A stretch of DNA of 63,790 nt, filler included, from a bacterium (lineage in GTDB: Bacteria; UBP18; UBA7526): the NCBI GenBank assembly GCA_030615855.1. It is 6 parts of 6 records of this genome, joined end to end, with 100 filler letters (N's around TTAATTAATTAA, not from the genome) between each part and the next. Parts side by side here need not be neighbours in the genome. Positions count along the whole stretch, not along the records: positions 1 to 16,507 come from JAUWYL010000024.1; positions 16,608 to 29,065 come from JAUWYL010000029.1; 4 more parts are not named here. One strand, given 5' to 3'. Below, piece by piece: positions 9,925 through 19,551 of the stretch (positions are counted from its first letter, which is position 1; every line of letters begins with the position of its first letter). The notes below the pieces were generated by a model. It ran no database searches. It worked only from the letters and a program-made list of their open reading frames with translations, and had not been told where the DNA came from. The translations under genes were made by a program, and so were the position numbers.

Positions 9925-10525
9925 GATAAGAGGATATTTTCTAACCGGCTTGGTTGCTGTTCTGCCTCTGGTGGTTACTATCTGGATACTCTATCGTATC
10001 TTCCTCTTCATAGATAAGCGCCTGACGGCCATCATTGAGCCCTTCGATCTTCCCCTGCCCTGGCTCTGGATGGGGAAGGGGCTGACCCTCTTAGCCATTC
10101 TCATCCTGATCCTCTTAGTAGGACTCTTTGTGCGCAATATCATTGGGAGAAGGCTCCTTACCTGGGGAGAGGGACTGCTCTATAGGGTCCCCATCGTGCG
10201 CCGCATCTATCCCTTCGTCCGGCAGGTATCGAATGCTCTCTTGGGTCAAAAGAAGAAGTTCTTCCAAAGGGTGGTCTTGGTGGAATATCCCAGAAAGGGG
10301 GTCTACTCCTTAGGCTTCGTTACCAAGGAGGCAGCGCCTGAGATTGGAAAGAAGACCAAGAAGAGATTGCTTACTATCTTCATCTCCACTACCCCCAATC
10401 CCACAAGTGGGGTGCTCATGCTCTTTCCTGAAAAAGATACCATCCCTTTGGAGATGAGTGTTGAGGAAGGGATGAAGCTCATCGTCTCTGGCGGAACGGT
10501 CATTCCACCGACAAAGAAGTCTTGA
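9914..10525 (+). CDS. DUF502 membrane protein
   Basis: YFLTGL..LPL..T, VVLVEYPRKG, TTPNPTSG, MSVEEGMKLIVSGG. Confidence 0.9.
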   Translation: MWSKIRGYFLTGLVAVLPLVVTIWILYRIFLFIDKRLTAIIEPFDLPLPWLWMGKGLTLLAILILILLVGLFVRNIIGRRLLTWGEGLLYRVPIVRRIYPFVRQVSNALLGQKKKFFQRVVLVEYPRKGVYSLGFVTKEAAPEIGKKTKKRLLTIFISTTPNPTSGVLMLFPEKDTIPLEMSVEEGMKLIVSGGTVIPPTKKS

Positions 10526-10580
10526 CCCCGCTCCTTCTTTGTAACATAATTTCTATGTCTGACGAAGGGGCGGGGTTGAC
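10522..10580. mobile_element. Miniature IR element flanked by TTGAC direct repeats
   Basis: TTGAC-CCCGCTCCTTC...GAAGGGGCGGGG-TTGAC. Confidence 0.55.
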
Positions 10581-10604
10581 AGTCATAACAAATAATACTA
10601 TAAG
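10576..10604 (+). promoter_or_regulatory. sigma70-type promoter
   Basis: TTGACA-17-TATAAG. Confidence 0.55.
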
Positions 10605-10850
10605 TTAAGTAGTAAGAAAGTAGAAGAGTATCAGATTGCCAGAATATCAGATAAAGAAGGCCAGATATCAGAAAGTCAGATTGAATCTGATTTCTGAATT
10701 CTCATTCTGATACTCTGATGTTCTGATAATCTGTGATTAGACGAGACAAGCGAAGCGCATCGTCATATTCTCAAAGGTTCGCAATTATCTGTGATCTATG
10801 CAGATCTGTAGATTATCTGTGTGAATCTGTGTCTAAGGAGGTGATTAGAG

Positions 10851-11195
10851 ATGGTAGAAAAGGCGGGAATCAGTGGTAGGTCCATCGCCTCTATGGTGGT
10901 GGGGATATGCAGTCTGCCTCTTTTCATTCCCATCCCCCTTCCGGGAATGATTCCCGGATTGGGTCTTATCCTGGGAATCGTGGCCATCGTCTTAGCGGCC
11001 ATAGAGTTGAAAGCCATTGCTAAGGGGAAGGTAGACCCCAGAAGCAGGGGATTTGCTGTTGCTGGGATGGCAACGGGAATCATGGGAACACTATCTGGAG
11101 TGCTCTTCATCGTCTTCTTCGGGGCAGTTGCTTCTACTGTATTAGCAGCAATTGCTGCTGCCTTAAAGAGTGGTCAGATTCCCATTCCCAAATAA
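10851..11195 (+). CDS. DUF4190-like small membrane protein
   Basis: SIASMVVGICS...GIVAIVL...GFAVAGMATG; AGGAGGT RBS. Confidence 0.75.
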   Translation: MVEKAGISGRSIASMVVGICSLPLFIPIPLPGMIPGLGLILGIVAIVLAAIELKAIAKGKVDPRSRGFAVAGMATGIMGTLSGVLFIVFFGAVASTVLAAIAAALKSGQIPIPK

Positions 11196-11395
11196 ATAAA
11201 CACGGATTAGCGCGGATAACAACACGGATTACAGGATGCGCTTCGTTAGCATCCTAGAGAGCATCAAATTGATTAATACTTAATCATCAACGGCGGAGAA
11301 CAAAGTGCGCCGTTTAATATTAAGCATTGACACGGATTTAATCTGTGATCATCTGTAAAAAATCTGTGATTATCCGTGTATCAGAGGAGGTATTT

Positions 11396-11749
11396 ATGGC
11401 GAAGAAAAAGAAAGGGAAAAAAGTCGAGAAGAAAATCGAGAAGGGAAAAGAGATTGAAGAGGGAAAGGTCTTCGCAGCCCTTTCTTATCTCTGGCTTCTG
11501 AGCGTCATTATTCTCTTTGGCAAGAAAGAGAATAAGTTCGTTGCCTTCCACGCCAAGCAAGGAGTGGTACTATTCGGCTGCATCATCGCTGGCTGGGTCA
11601 TCTGCTTAATCCCTTATGTGAGATTCTTAGGTTGGATAGTAAGGATCACCTGCTGGGCAGGGATGCTCATCGGGATTATTAAGTCCTTGGCTGGAGAGAA
11701 GTACAAAATTCCTTTGGCCGGTGATTTGGCAGAGAAGATTAAAATATAA
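11396..11749 (+). CDS. DUF4870-like membrane protein
   Basis: AALSYL...NKFVAFHAKQG...GEKYKIPLAG; GGAGG before ATG 11396. Confidence 0.8.
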   Translation: MAKKKKGKKVEKKIEKGKEIEEGKVFAALSYLWLLSVIILFGKKENKFVAFHAKQGVVLFGCIIAGWVICLIPYVRFLGWIVRITCWAGMLIGIIKSLAGEKYKIPLAGDLAEKIKI

Positions 11750-11840
11750 GGTAGGAAAGTAAAAAAAGAAGAAGAGTAGGAAAGTAGCGATGCTATTTAC
11801 TACTTTGTTACTTTCTTACTTCCGAGCGAAGCGAGGAGAG

Positions 11841-12548
11841 ATGCCCCCCCAGAAGACTCAAGGTATCGTTCTCGGTTTTACGGACTGGCATGAAACCTCA
11901 AAGATCGTCACTTTCTATACTAAGGATTTCGGCAAGATAAGAGGGGTAGCCAAGGGAGCAAGAAGAAAGAAATCGAAGTTCAGCCCTTTGGAGATCTTAA
12001 GTCATCATATTATCGTCTTTTATAAAAGGGAAGATAAGGATTTATGTACCTTAAGTGAGTGCCAGACAAAGGAAACCTTTCCCAATATCAGAAAAGATGT
12101 AAAGAAAGTTGCTTACGGAGCTTACTTAGCAGAATTGATAGATGCCGTCTCTACCAGTGAAAAGAGCGAAGCACTCTTCGATTTATTTTTGAAAGCACTC
12201 CATTTTTTAGAAAGAAGAGAGGATTCTGAGATCATCATTCGCGCCTTTGAGACCCGCCTCTTAGATATCTTGGGATTTGGACTTCATCTCGATAATTGTC
12301 TCATCTGCAAGAAGAGACTAAAAGAAAATTTTAAGTTTAATCCTGGCTTAGGGGGGGTAATCTGTATCCATCATCCCCAGGATGGGATAAGGATTTCAGA
12401 AGAGACCAGGAATTTTTTAAGGAATCCCGGAATCAAAAAGACCTCTTCAGAAACGAGGAAAGAACTAAAAACCGTTCTCCAGAATTCCATCCATTATCAT
12501 ATTGGAAAGAGGCTCAAATCCCTGGACTTTTTGGAAGCAATAGAATAG
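11841..12548 (+). CDS. recO: DNA repair protein RecO
   Basis: KTQGIVL...ETSKIVTFYTKDFGKIRGVAKGARR, C-terminal CxxC; start moved to ATG after GAGGAG. Confidence 0.93.
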   Translation: MPPQKTQGIVLGFTDWHETSKIVTFYTKDFGKIRGVAKGARRKKSKFSPLEILSHHIIVFYKREDKDLCTLSECQTKETFPNIRKDVKKVAYGAYLAELIDAVSTSEKSEALFDLFLKALHFLERREDSEIIIRAFETRLLDILGFGLHLDNCLICKKRLKENFKFNPGLGGVICIHHPQDGIRISEETRNFLRNPGIKKTSSETRKELKTVLQNSIHYHIGKRLKSLDFLEAIE

Positions 12549-12656
12549 GGCTATCCGGTTATCAGGTGATCAGGTTATCGGTGATCGGTAATAAAGGAAA
12601 CGGAGAAATGAGAAGGGTTAACCGAAACCGGTTGACCCAGGAAAGGAAGGAAGAGA

Positions 12657-13139
12657 ATGCGTAGCGATCGAAAGTCAATTTTGTGCGGTTGGAAGTGGGC
12701 AATATGTGTGGCCGGTTTGATATCTTTGACTGCACTTGTTGTCACAGGGTGTGGTTCGCGGTTTCGGAAGCTGCCTGAGTCGGAAGTCGACACTGAGATG
12801 AAATTAGTGGCCGAGCGTATTGCCACTAATATTCTTGTGTCGCAGAGAGATGGGCGGTTTGAACCATTGGGCGATGAGGCCACACTAGCTATGCGTTCAG
12901 GCCTAACGCCCGAAAAGCAAAAGGAAGCATATGAAACCATCAAAGGAATGTTTGGTGACTTTCAGTCTATGGAGTACGTTGAAACCTGGGTGCCGACAGA
13001 CGGCTCGCTGTTGGTCATCTATCGTTTCAAAGGGTGCTTTTCAAAAAGTAAAGCCAGACCAGAAATTCGGGCTGTGATGGACGGCGAAGGGAAATTGGCA
13101 GGTTTTTGGATTAAACCCTGGAGAGCCAAAGTTCAGTAA
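12657..13139 (+). CDS. Hypothetical lipoprotein (DUF3887-like) between recO and glyQS
   Basis: VTGC lipobox; FGDFQS...GKLAGFWIKP. Confidence 0.6.
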   Translation: MRSDRKSILCGWKWAICVAGLISLTALVVTGCGSRFRKLPESEVDTEMKLVAERIATNILVSQRDGRFEPLGDEATLAMRSGLTPEKQKEAYETIKGMFGDFQSMEYVETWVPTDGSLLVIYRFKGCFSKSKARPEIRAVMDGEGKLAGFWIKPWRAKVQ

Positions 13140-13232
13140 ATTTTACGACCGCTTGCTTTTGAGTCAAAATCCGTGATTATCTGTGATCTGTGTGAATCTG
13201 TATTCAATCCGTGTCTTAGGAGGATTTTTTAA

Positions 13233-14531
13233 ATGACTGTTGATATGCAAAAGATAATCTCCCTGTGTAAACGCCGAGGGTTCATATACCAGGATAGCGA
13301 GATCTATGGCGGCCTGGGTAGTGTCTGGGATTATGGCCCTTTGGGAGTAGAACTGAAGAATAATGTGAAGAGGATCTGGTGGCAAAGCATGGTCTACGAA
13401 AGAGACGATATGGAGGGCTTGGATAGTGCCATCCTAATGCATTCCGATACTTGGAAAGCCTCTGGCCATGTAACATCCTTCAAGGACTTGCTCGTAGATT
13501 GCAAAGAGTGCAAGAAGAGATTTAAGCAAGAACAGATTAAAAAGGGCAGGTGTCCCGAGTGTGGTGGCCCGCTAAGCGAGCCGAGATATTTTAATCTGAT
13601 GTTTAAAACCTACATCGGTTCAGTAGAGGATAGGCAATCCCAGATCTATCTCAGGCCCGAGACCGCCCAGGGAATCTTTGTCGATTTTTCCCACATCGTG
13701 GACAGCACGCGCCGCAAACTTCCCTTCGGCATCGCCCAGATAGGGAAGGCTTTCCGAAACGAGATCACCACGGGAAACTTCACCTTCCGCTCGAGAGAAT
13801 TCGAACTGATGGAGATAGAATACTTCGTCAGGCCCCAGGATGCTGAGAAGTGGCATAAGCACTGGATCCAGGAGCGCCTCAATTGGTATAAGAGGTTTGG
13901 TATAAATCCTAAAAACTTGAGGGTAAGAAAGCATACTAAGAAGGAGTTGGCCCATTATGCCAAGGCCTGCTTTGATATTGAGTATCGCTTTCCCTTTGGT
14001 TGGGGAGAACTGGAAGGACTGGCCAATAGGACGGACTATGATCTCTCCCGCCACGCAGAGGTGAGCGGGAAGGACCTCTCCCTCTTTGATGAGAAAAGTA
14101 AAGAGAAAATAATCCCTTATGTCATAGAGCCCTCCGGAGGAGTGGACAGGAGCTTCTTGGCCTTCTTGATAGATGCTTATAGAGAGGAGAAGGTTCGAGG
14201 GGAAAAGCGGATTGTCTTAGGACTCCACAAGGACTTGGCCCCCATCAAGGTAGCGGTATTTCCCTTACTGCGCAATAGACCTCGACTGGTGAAACTGGCA
14301 AAAGAGATTGCCCAGAAATTACGTGGTCCATACAAGGTAGTCTATGATGATACAGCATCCATCGGAAAGCTTTATAGAAGGCAGGATGAGGTGGGGACCC
14401 TATACTGTGTGACCATAGATGTGAAATCCTTGAGCGATAAGAAGGTGACCGTAAGGGATAGGGACAGTATGCTTCAGGATAGAGTTGCTATCTCCCGCTT
14501 GAAAAAATATCTAGATGATAAATTAGCATAA
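13233..14531 (+). CDS. glyQS: Glycyl-tRNA synthetase (alpha2 type)
   Basis: KRRGFIYQDSEIYGG, YLRPETAQGIF, FRNEIT, IGKLYRRQDEVGT. Confidence 0.97.
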   Translation: MTVDMQKIISLCKRRGFIYQDSEIYGGLGSVWDYGPLGVELKNNVKRIWWQSMVYERDDMEGLDSAILMHSDTWKASGHVTSFKDLLVDCKECKKRFKQEQIKKGRCPECGGPLSEPRYFNLMFKTYIGSVEDRQSQIYLRPETAQGIFVDFSHIVDSTRRKLPFGIAQIGKAFRNEITTGNFTFRSREFELMEIEYFVRPQDAEKWHKHWIQERLNWYKRFGINPKNLRVRKHTKKELAHYAKACFDIEYRFPFGWGELEGLANRTDYDLSRHAEVSGKDLSLFDEKSKEKIIPYVIEPSGGVDRSFLAFLIDAYREEKVRGEKRIVLGLHKDLAPIKVAVFPLLRNRPRLVKLAKEIAQKLRGPYKVVYDDTASIGKLYRRQDEVGTLYCVTIDVKSLSDKKVTVRDRDSMLQDRVAISRLKKYLDDKLA

Positions 14532-14550
14532 GAATTGAACTGTAAGTTGT

Positions 14551-14661
14551 AGGTTACGTCAAAGGGTAACGGTAACGAAGCCCGTATCGTTTAGGGGTTA
14601 CGGTTACGTAACCGAACAACGTAGCCGAAACGGGTATCCTAACCTTAACCGAGCAACTTTT
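14551..14661. repeat. Dispersed palindromic element, copy 1 of 3
   Basis: GAAGCCCGTATCG...CGAAACGGGTATC; matches 23810-23885 (same strand) and 44242-44371 (reverse). Confidence 0.8.
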
Positions 14662-14719
14662 GACTTATTAACTTGTCAACTTATTAACTTGTCAACTTAA
14701 GCAAGGAGGAATATTACGG

Positions 14720-16507
14720 ATGAGCAAAAAGTATGTCTACTTCTTTGGAAGGGGAAAGGCAGAGGGGAATACTGAGATGAGAAACCTCTTAGGAGGTAAA
14801 GGAGCCAACTTGGCGGAGATGACCAACTTAGGCATCCCCGTCCCTCCGGGCTTCACCATCACCACTGAGGCCTGTATCTATTATTACCAGCATAAAGGAA
14901 AATATCCTAAAGGGATGAAAGAGGAGATCGACAGGAACCTGAAGAGGTTGGAGAAGGCGATGGGTTCTAAGTTTGGAGATGAGTATAATCCTCTCTTAGT
15001 TTCGGTGCGCTCTGGCGCTCGAGTTAGTATGCCGGGAATGATGGATACTATTCTGAACTTAGGATTAAATGACGAGACGATTAAGGGGTTGATCAGGGCC
15101 ATGGGTCATGAGAGGTTCGCCTGGGATGCCTATCGCCGGCTCATCCAGATGTTCGCCCATGTGGTGATGGGTATGGAGACCGGCGAATTTGAGGAGATTA
15201 TTGTGGGAAGGAAAAAAGAATTGGGAATAAGGCTCGATACCGAGTTCAATACTCAGGCTTTGATGGACTTGGTGGAGAGATTTAAGAGAAGAGTTAAAGA
15301 GAAGACGAAGAGGGACTTCCCTCAGGACCCCAGGAGACAGCTTTTTATGGCCATCGATGCTGTCTTCGGCTCCTGGAATACCCCCCGAGCCATTACCTAT
15401 AGAAATCTTCATAACCTTTCCCATACCTGGGGGACAGCAGCCAATGTCCAGACCATGGTCTTTGGGAATATGGGCTGGGACTCCGGTACTGGAGTGGCCT
15501 TCACCAGAGACCCGGCAACTGGTGAGAAGAAATTCTTTGGAGAATACTTATTGAATGCTCAGGGTGAGGATGTGGTTGCTGGGATAAGGACCCCAAAGAA
15601 AATATCGAAGTTGGCCAAGGAGATGCCTCAGGTCTATCGGGAATTGGTTAGAATCTATAAGAAGTTAGAGAAACACTATCGGGATATTCAGGACTTGGAG
15701 TTCACCATTCAGAATAAAAAGCTCTTCCTCTTGCAGACCAGGACGGGAAAGAGGACCGCCCAGGCAGCCCTGAAGATCGCTGTCGATATGGTAAAGGAGA
15801 AGTTAATCGGTAAAAAAGAGGCTCTTCTGCGCGTGGAACCCAATCAATTTGACCAGCTATTACATAGAAGGATCGACCCCAAGGCAAGGATAAAGGTCAT
15901 CGCCCAGGGGTTGGCTGCATCTCCTGGAGCAGCAGTGGGTGAAGTGGTCTTCACTGCTGACCATGCTCAGGAGGAAGCGGAGAAGGGAAGGAAGGTTATC
16001 TTGGTGAGGCATGAGACTTCTCCAGAGGATATCCATGGTATGGCTGCTGCCCAGGGGATACTAACCTCTCGTGGGGGTCTTACGTCACATGCTGCCGTGG
16101 TAGCAAGGGGGATGGGGAAGTGCTGCGTTGCTGGTTGCGAGGCCATAGATGTGGACTATGATAGGAAGAGATTCCTTGTAGGAGATATAATTGTCAAGGA
16201 GGGAGATTACATCTCTTTGAATGGGAATACGGGAGAGGTCATCTTGGGTAAGGTACATACCATTGAGCCTATTTTGAGCAAGGAGTTCCAGATTCTGATG
16301 AAGTGGGCAGATGAAACGCGGAGATTGGGGGTGAGGACCAATGCCGATACCCCAAAGGATGCCAAAAAAGCCCGGGAGTTTGGAGCAGAAGGGATTGGAT
16401 TATGCCGGACAGAGCATATGTTCTTTGGAGAGAAGAGAATGCCCATCGTTCAGGAAATGATCTTAGCCCGGGATGAGAGGACAAGGGAAAAGGCTTTGAG
16501 GAAACTT
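14720..16507 (+). CDS. ppdK: Pyruvate phosphate dikinase (3' truncated by contig end)
   Basis: LLGGKGANLAEM, VSVRSGA, GGLTSHAAVVARG, GIGLCRTEHMFF. Confidence 0.97.
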
Positions 16508-16607
16508 NNNNNNNNNNNNNNNNNNNNNNNNNNNNNNNNNNNNNNNNNNNNTTAATTAATTAANNNNNNNNNNNNNNNNNNNNNNNNNNNNNNNNNNNNN
16601 NNNNNNN
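16508..16607. other. Artificial contig linker
   Basis: N44-TTAATTAATTAA-N44; same at 29066-29165, 42642-42741, 50801-50900, 59752-59851. Confidence 0.97.
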
Positions 16608-16968
16608 CATCTTCTGGATAGAGGACTTTGCAAAGATAATGCCTCTTGCTACAGGAGAAGAGGCCTTTGGGAGCGTTGAGGAACTATTGAAGATTGGTGA
16701 GAGGCAGGTGAATGTCAAGCGAGCCTTCAATATCAGGGAGGGATTGACTAGGGCAGATGATACCCTGCCTAAGAGATTTACTGGTGTGCCCATGCCAGAA
16801 GGCCCGGGAAAGGGTCAGGTGGCCAATCTAAAGATTATGCTTGATGAATACTATCGGCTACGCGGCTGGGATTTAGAGACTGGCATGATTAAGAGAAAGA
16901 CCCTGAAGAGATTAAACCTACCAGAGACAGAGAAAGAACTCGATAAACTGAAGAAAATGGTGGATTAA
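16608..16968 (+). CDS. Aldehyde:ferredoxin oxidoreductase family, C-terminal fragment
   Basis: GERQVNVKRAFNIREG...DDTLPKRF...MLDEYYRLRGWD. Confidence 0.9.
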
Positions 16969-16974
16969 AAAAGG

Positions 16975-17107
16975 TTTACGGTTAACGGTTTACGGTTAAC
17001 GGTTTACGGTGAACGGTAAACAGCCCCGACGGTTGTCGGGACGGGCAAATTGAATAATAATTATTCATCAGCGGGGCAAGTAAAACGCACCGCTCAACGG
17101 TAAACCC
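16975..17107. repeat. Composite GGTTTAC-heptamer element with internal hairpin modules
   Basis: near-identical to 52603-52728, shorter version at 23210-23297. Confidence 0.85.
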
Positions 17108-17130
17108 ATTACCCCAGATTGGAGTGAGAG

Positions 17131-19020
17131 ATGACTTTCAAAGGTGGCTATGCAGGAACACTTCTTTACGTCGATCTGACGAAAGAGAAGATTAAGAAGG
17201 TTCCCTTAGATGAAGAATTAAGTAAGAAGTATATCGGGGGAGCAGGCCTGGCAGCTAAACTATTACTCGATATGATTCCAAAAAGGGTCGACCCATTATC
17301 TCCCAGGAATGTCCTGGGATTTTTTGTCGGGCCGTTAACCGGAACTCTCTTTCCTCAGGCCTCGAGATATACTGTGGCGGCTAAGAATCCTTTGACCAAT
17401 GCCTGGGGCGAGGCTCATGCAGGAGGCTTCTGGGGCCCGGAATTAAAGTTGGCTGGATATGATGGGATAATCTTTACCGGAAAGGCAAAGAGACCGGTCT
17501 ATCTCTTCATTGATAATGACGAAGTAGAGATTCGTAGTGCAAAGAACCTCTGGGGAATGAAAACCTCTGAAGCAATGGATAGGGTGATTGAAATTCATAA
17601 AGACCCCCAGATAGAGTCTGTAGCCATCGGCCCGGCAGGGGAGAACTTAGTACGCTTCGCCTGTATCTTTACCAGAAATGGACGGGTAGCAGCGCGCAGC
17701 GGCATGGGCCTTGTGATGGGCTCAAAGAACCTGAAACTCATCGCTGTTCGGGGAACGAAGGGTCTGGATGTTGCCAAACCGGATGAATACTTGGATGCTG
17801 TAAAGGTCTGGTATGATAAGGTCCTGAATCATCCCTATACTGAGGGAAGGGTGAAGTATGGGACGACAGAATTAATAGATCTCATGCAATCCATTGGCAG
17901 ACTTCCTACCTATAATATGAGACAGGGGGTCTTCGATGAGTGGGAGAATATCTCCTGTGACACCTATCGGGATAAGTATTTCTTAAGAGCCAGGGCAGAC
18001 TACGCCTGTATTCAGAGGTGCGGTCGCTTCGTTTCTGTAGGAACCGGGCCCTATAAGTGCATGGGCAAGGGGCCGGAGTATGAATGTATCTCTGCTTTAG
18101 GTTCCAGATGCGGAAATTCCAATTTGGCTTCTATTATCTATACCCATCATCTCTGCGATGAATACGGGATGGATTCTATCGGAACAGGAAGCGTCATTGC
18201 CTGGGCCATGGAGTGTTACGAAAAAGGTTTGTTGACTGAGAAGGATACCGGGGGGTTGGCCTTTAACTGGGGAGACTATGAGTTAATTATCAAGTTAGCA
18301 GAAATGATTGCCAAAAGAGAGGGGATCGGTGACCTATTGGCCGAAGGAAGCTACCGGGCAGCCAAGAGGCTTGGCCGGGGTTCAGAAAAATATGTTATGC
18401 ATGTCAAGGGACAGGATATGGCCTCCCAGGAGCCCAGAGCCCAGAAGTCTATGGGATTATCCGCTGCTACTGCTGCCCGAGGGGCAGACCACCTCTACGC
18501 CTTTCCCGTGCTTGATGAGGGCCAGATCTTTACTAAGGAGATAAAGCAGTGGTATGGAACAAAGTATCTTCCTGAAATAGGAGAGAGATTAAGTCCCAAG
18601 AATAAGGGGTTTATGGTCTCTCATAATGAGAATTACTCTGTCTTAATCGAATCCTTAGGGGTCTGTAAGTATGGCACCATGGTTCCTCCTGCCTTATATT
18701 ATGAGGATATTATAAGAGCCATAGAAGTGACCATGGGCTGGAAGATGACGGAGAAAGAGTTAAAGAAGATTGGAGAGAGGATCGTCAATCTTAATCGACT
18801 ATTTAATATCAGAGAGGGAATCACTCGCAAGGATGATTCCCTACCCGATAGATTGACCAAGGAACCAGCTCCTCTGGGGGTCCCCAAGGGCCAGGTGGTG
18901 GAACTCGATCAGATGCTCGATGAATACTATAAATATCGCGGCTGGGACAAAAAGACTGGAAAACCAACCAAGAAAAAACTTAAGGAACTGGGACTTAGCG
19001 AAGAAGCGAAATTCGAATAA
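17131..19020 (+). CDS. AOR-family tungsto/molybdopterin oxidoreductase large subunit
   Basis: GGFWGPELKLAGYDG, IGPAGENLV, AARSGMGLVMGSKNLK, CDEYGMD, RGADH. Confidence 0.95.
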   Translation: MTFKGGYAGTLLYVDLTKEKIKKVPLDEELSKKYIGGAGLAAKLLLDMIPKRVDPLSPRNVLGFFVGPLTGTLFPQASRYTVAAKNPLTNAWGEAHAGGFWGPELKLAGYDGIIFTGKAKRPVYLFIDNDEVEIRSAKNLWGMKTSEAMDRVIEIHKDPQIESVAIGPAGENLVRFACIFTRNGRVAARSGMGLVMGSKNLKLIAVRGTKGLDVAKPDEYLDAVKVWYDKVLNHPYTEGRVKYGTTELIDLMQSIGRLPTYNMRQGVFDEWENISCDTYRDKYFLRARADYACIQRCGRFVSVGTGPYKCMGKGPEYECISALGSRCGNSNLASIIYTHHLCDEYGMDSIGTGSVIAWAMECYEKGLLTEKDTGGLAFNWGDYELIIKLAEMIAKREGIGDLLAEGSYRAAKRLGRGSEKYVMHVKGQDMASQEPRAQKSMGLSAATAARGADHLYAFPVLDEGQIFTKEIKQWYGTKYLPEIGERLSPKNKGFMVSHNENYSVLIESLGVCKYGTMVPPALYYEDIIRAIEVTMGWKMTEKELKKIGERIVNLNRLFNIREGITRKDDSLPDRLTKEPAPLGVPKGQVVELDQMLDEYYKYRGWDKKTGKPTKKKLKELGLSEEAKFE

Positions 19021-19161
19021 GCGCAATTCCCAATTCCCAATTTCTAATTTCCAATGAGTGAAAGGTAGTTGGGTTAAGGTAAGGTAGTGAGTTTAGTAGT
19101 TGGGTAAGGGTTAGGTGTTTAAAAAGACCAACTACAGAAATTTAATGGAGGATTACTGATA

Positions 19162-19521
19162 ATGGATATGTTATTCTATGTCCTATTAGGTCTGGGAGCA
19201 GGAGTCTTAAGTGGCTTAATCGGGATAGGAGGGGGAGTAATCATCATTCCTGCTTTGGTCTATCTCTTCGGGCTTACCCAACATCAAGCCCAGGGAACAA
19301 CCTTGGCCTTGTTAGTTCCCCCCATCGGTCTACTTGCTGCCTGGACCTATTATAAGCACGGGCACGTGGATCTGAAGATTGCCGCCCTTATATGTCTGGG
19401 TTTCTTTGTGGGTGGTTTAATGGGCGCCCGGGCAGCCGTCGGGATATCCGGCGAAGTGCTCAGGAGGGTTTTTGGATGCGCCCTATTATTTTTGGCTCTA
19501 AGAATGATTTTAGGAAAGTAA
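19162..19521 (+). CDS. TauE/SafE (TSUP) family membrane protein, half-size
   Basis: GLIGIGGGVIIIPAL, QHQAQGTTLALLVPPIGL. Confidence 0.9.
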   Translation: MDMLFYVLLGLGAGVLSGLIGIGGGVIIIPALVYLFGLTQHQAQGTTLALLVPPIGLLAAWTYYKHGHVDLKIAALICLGFFVGGLMGARAAVGISGEVLRRVFGCALLFLALRMILGK

Positions 19522-19551
19522 CTCATTACTAAGCAAAAGGAGGAAGAAAGA

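Noticed and set aside
11345-11395. Upstream ORF-track starts (11345, 11790, 28126, 30954, 40972, 47855, 51591)
   Set aside because: The extensions run through intergenic repeats; better ATGs lie downstream, most with a clear SD.
16508-16607. TTAATTAATTAA flanked by N runs, five times
   Set aside because: Artificial all-frame-stop contig linker. Adjacency across linkers and truncations of ppdK, the NuoF-like gene, lolD, hflK and tuf are not biological.
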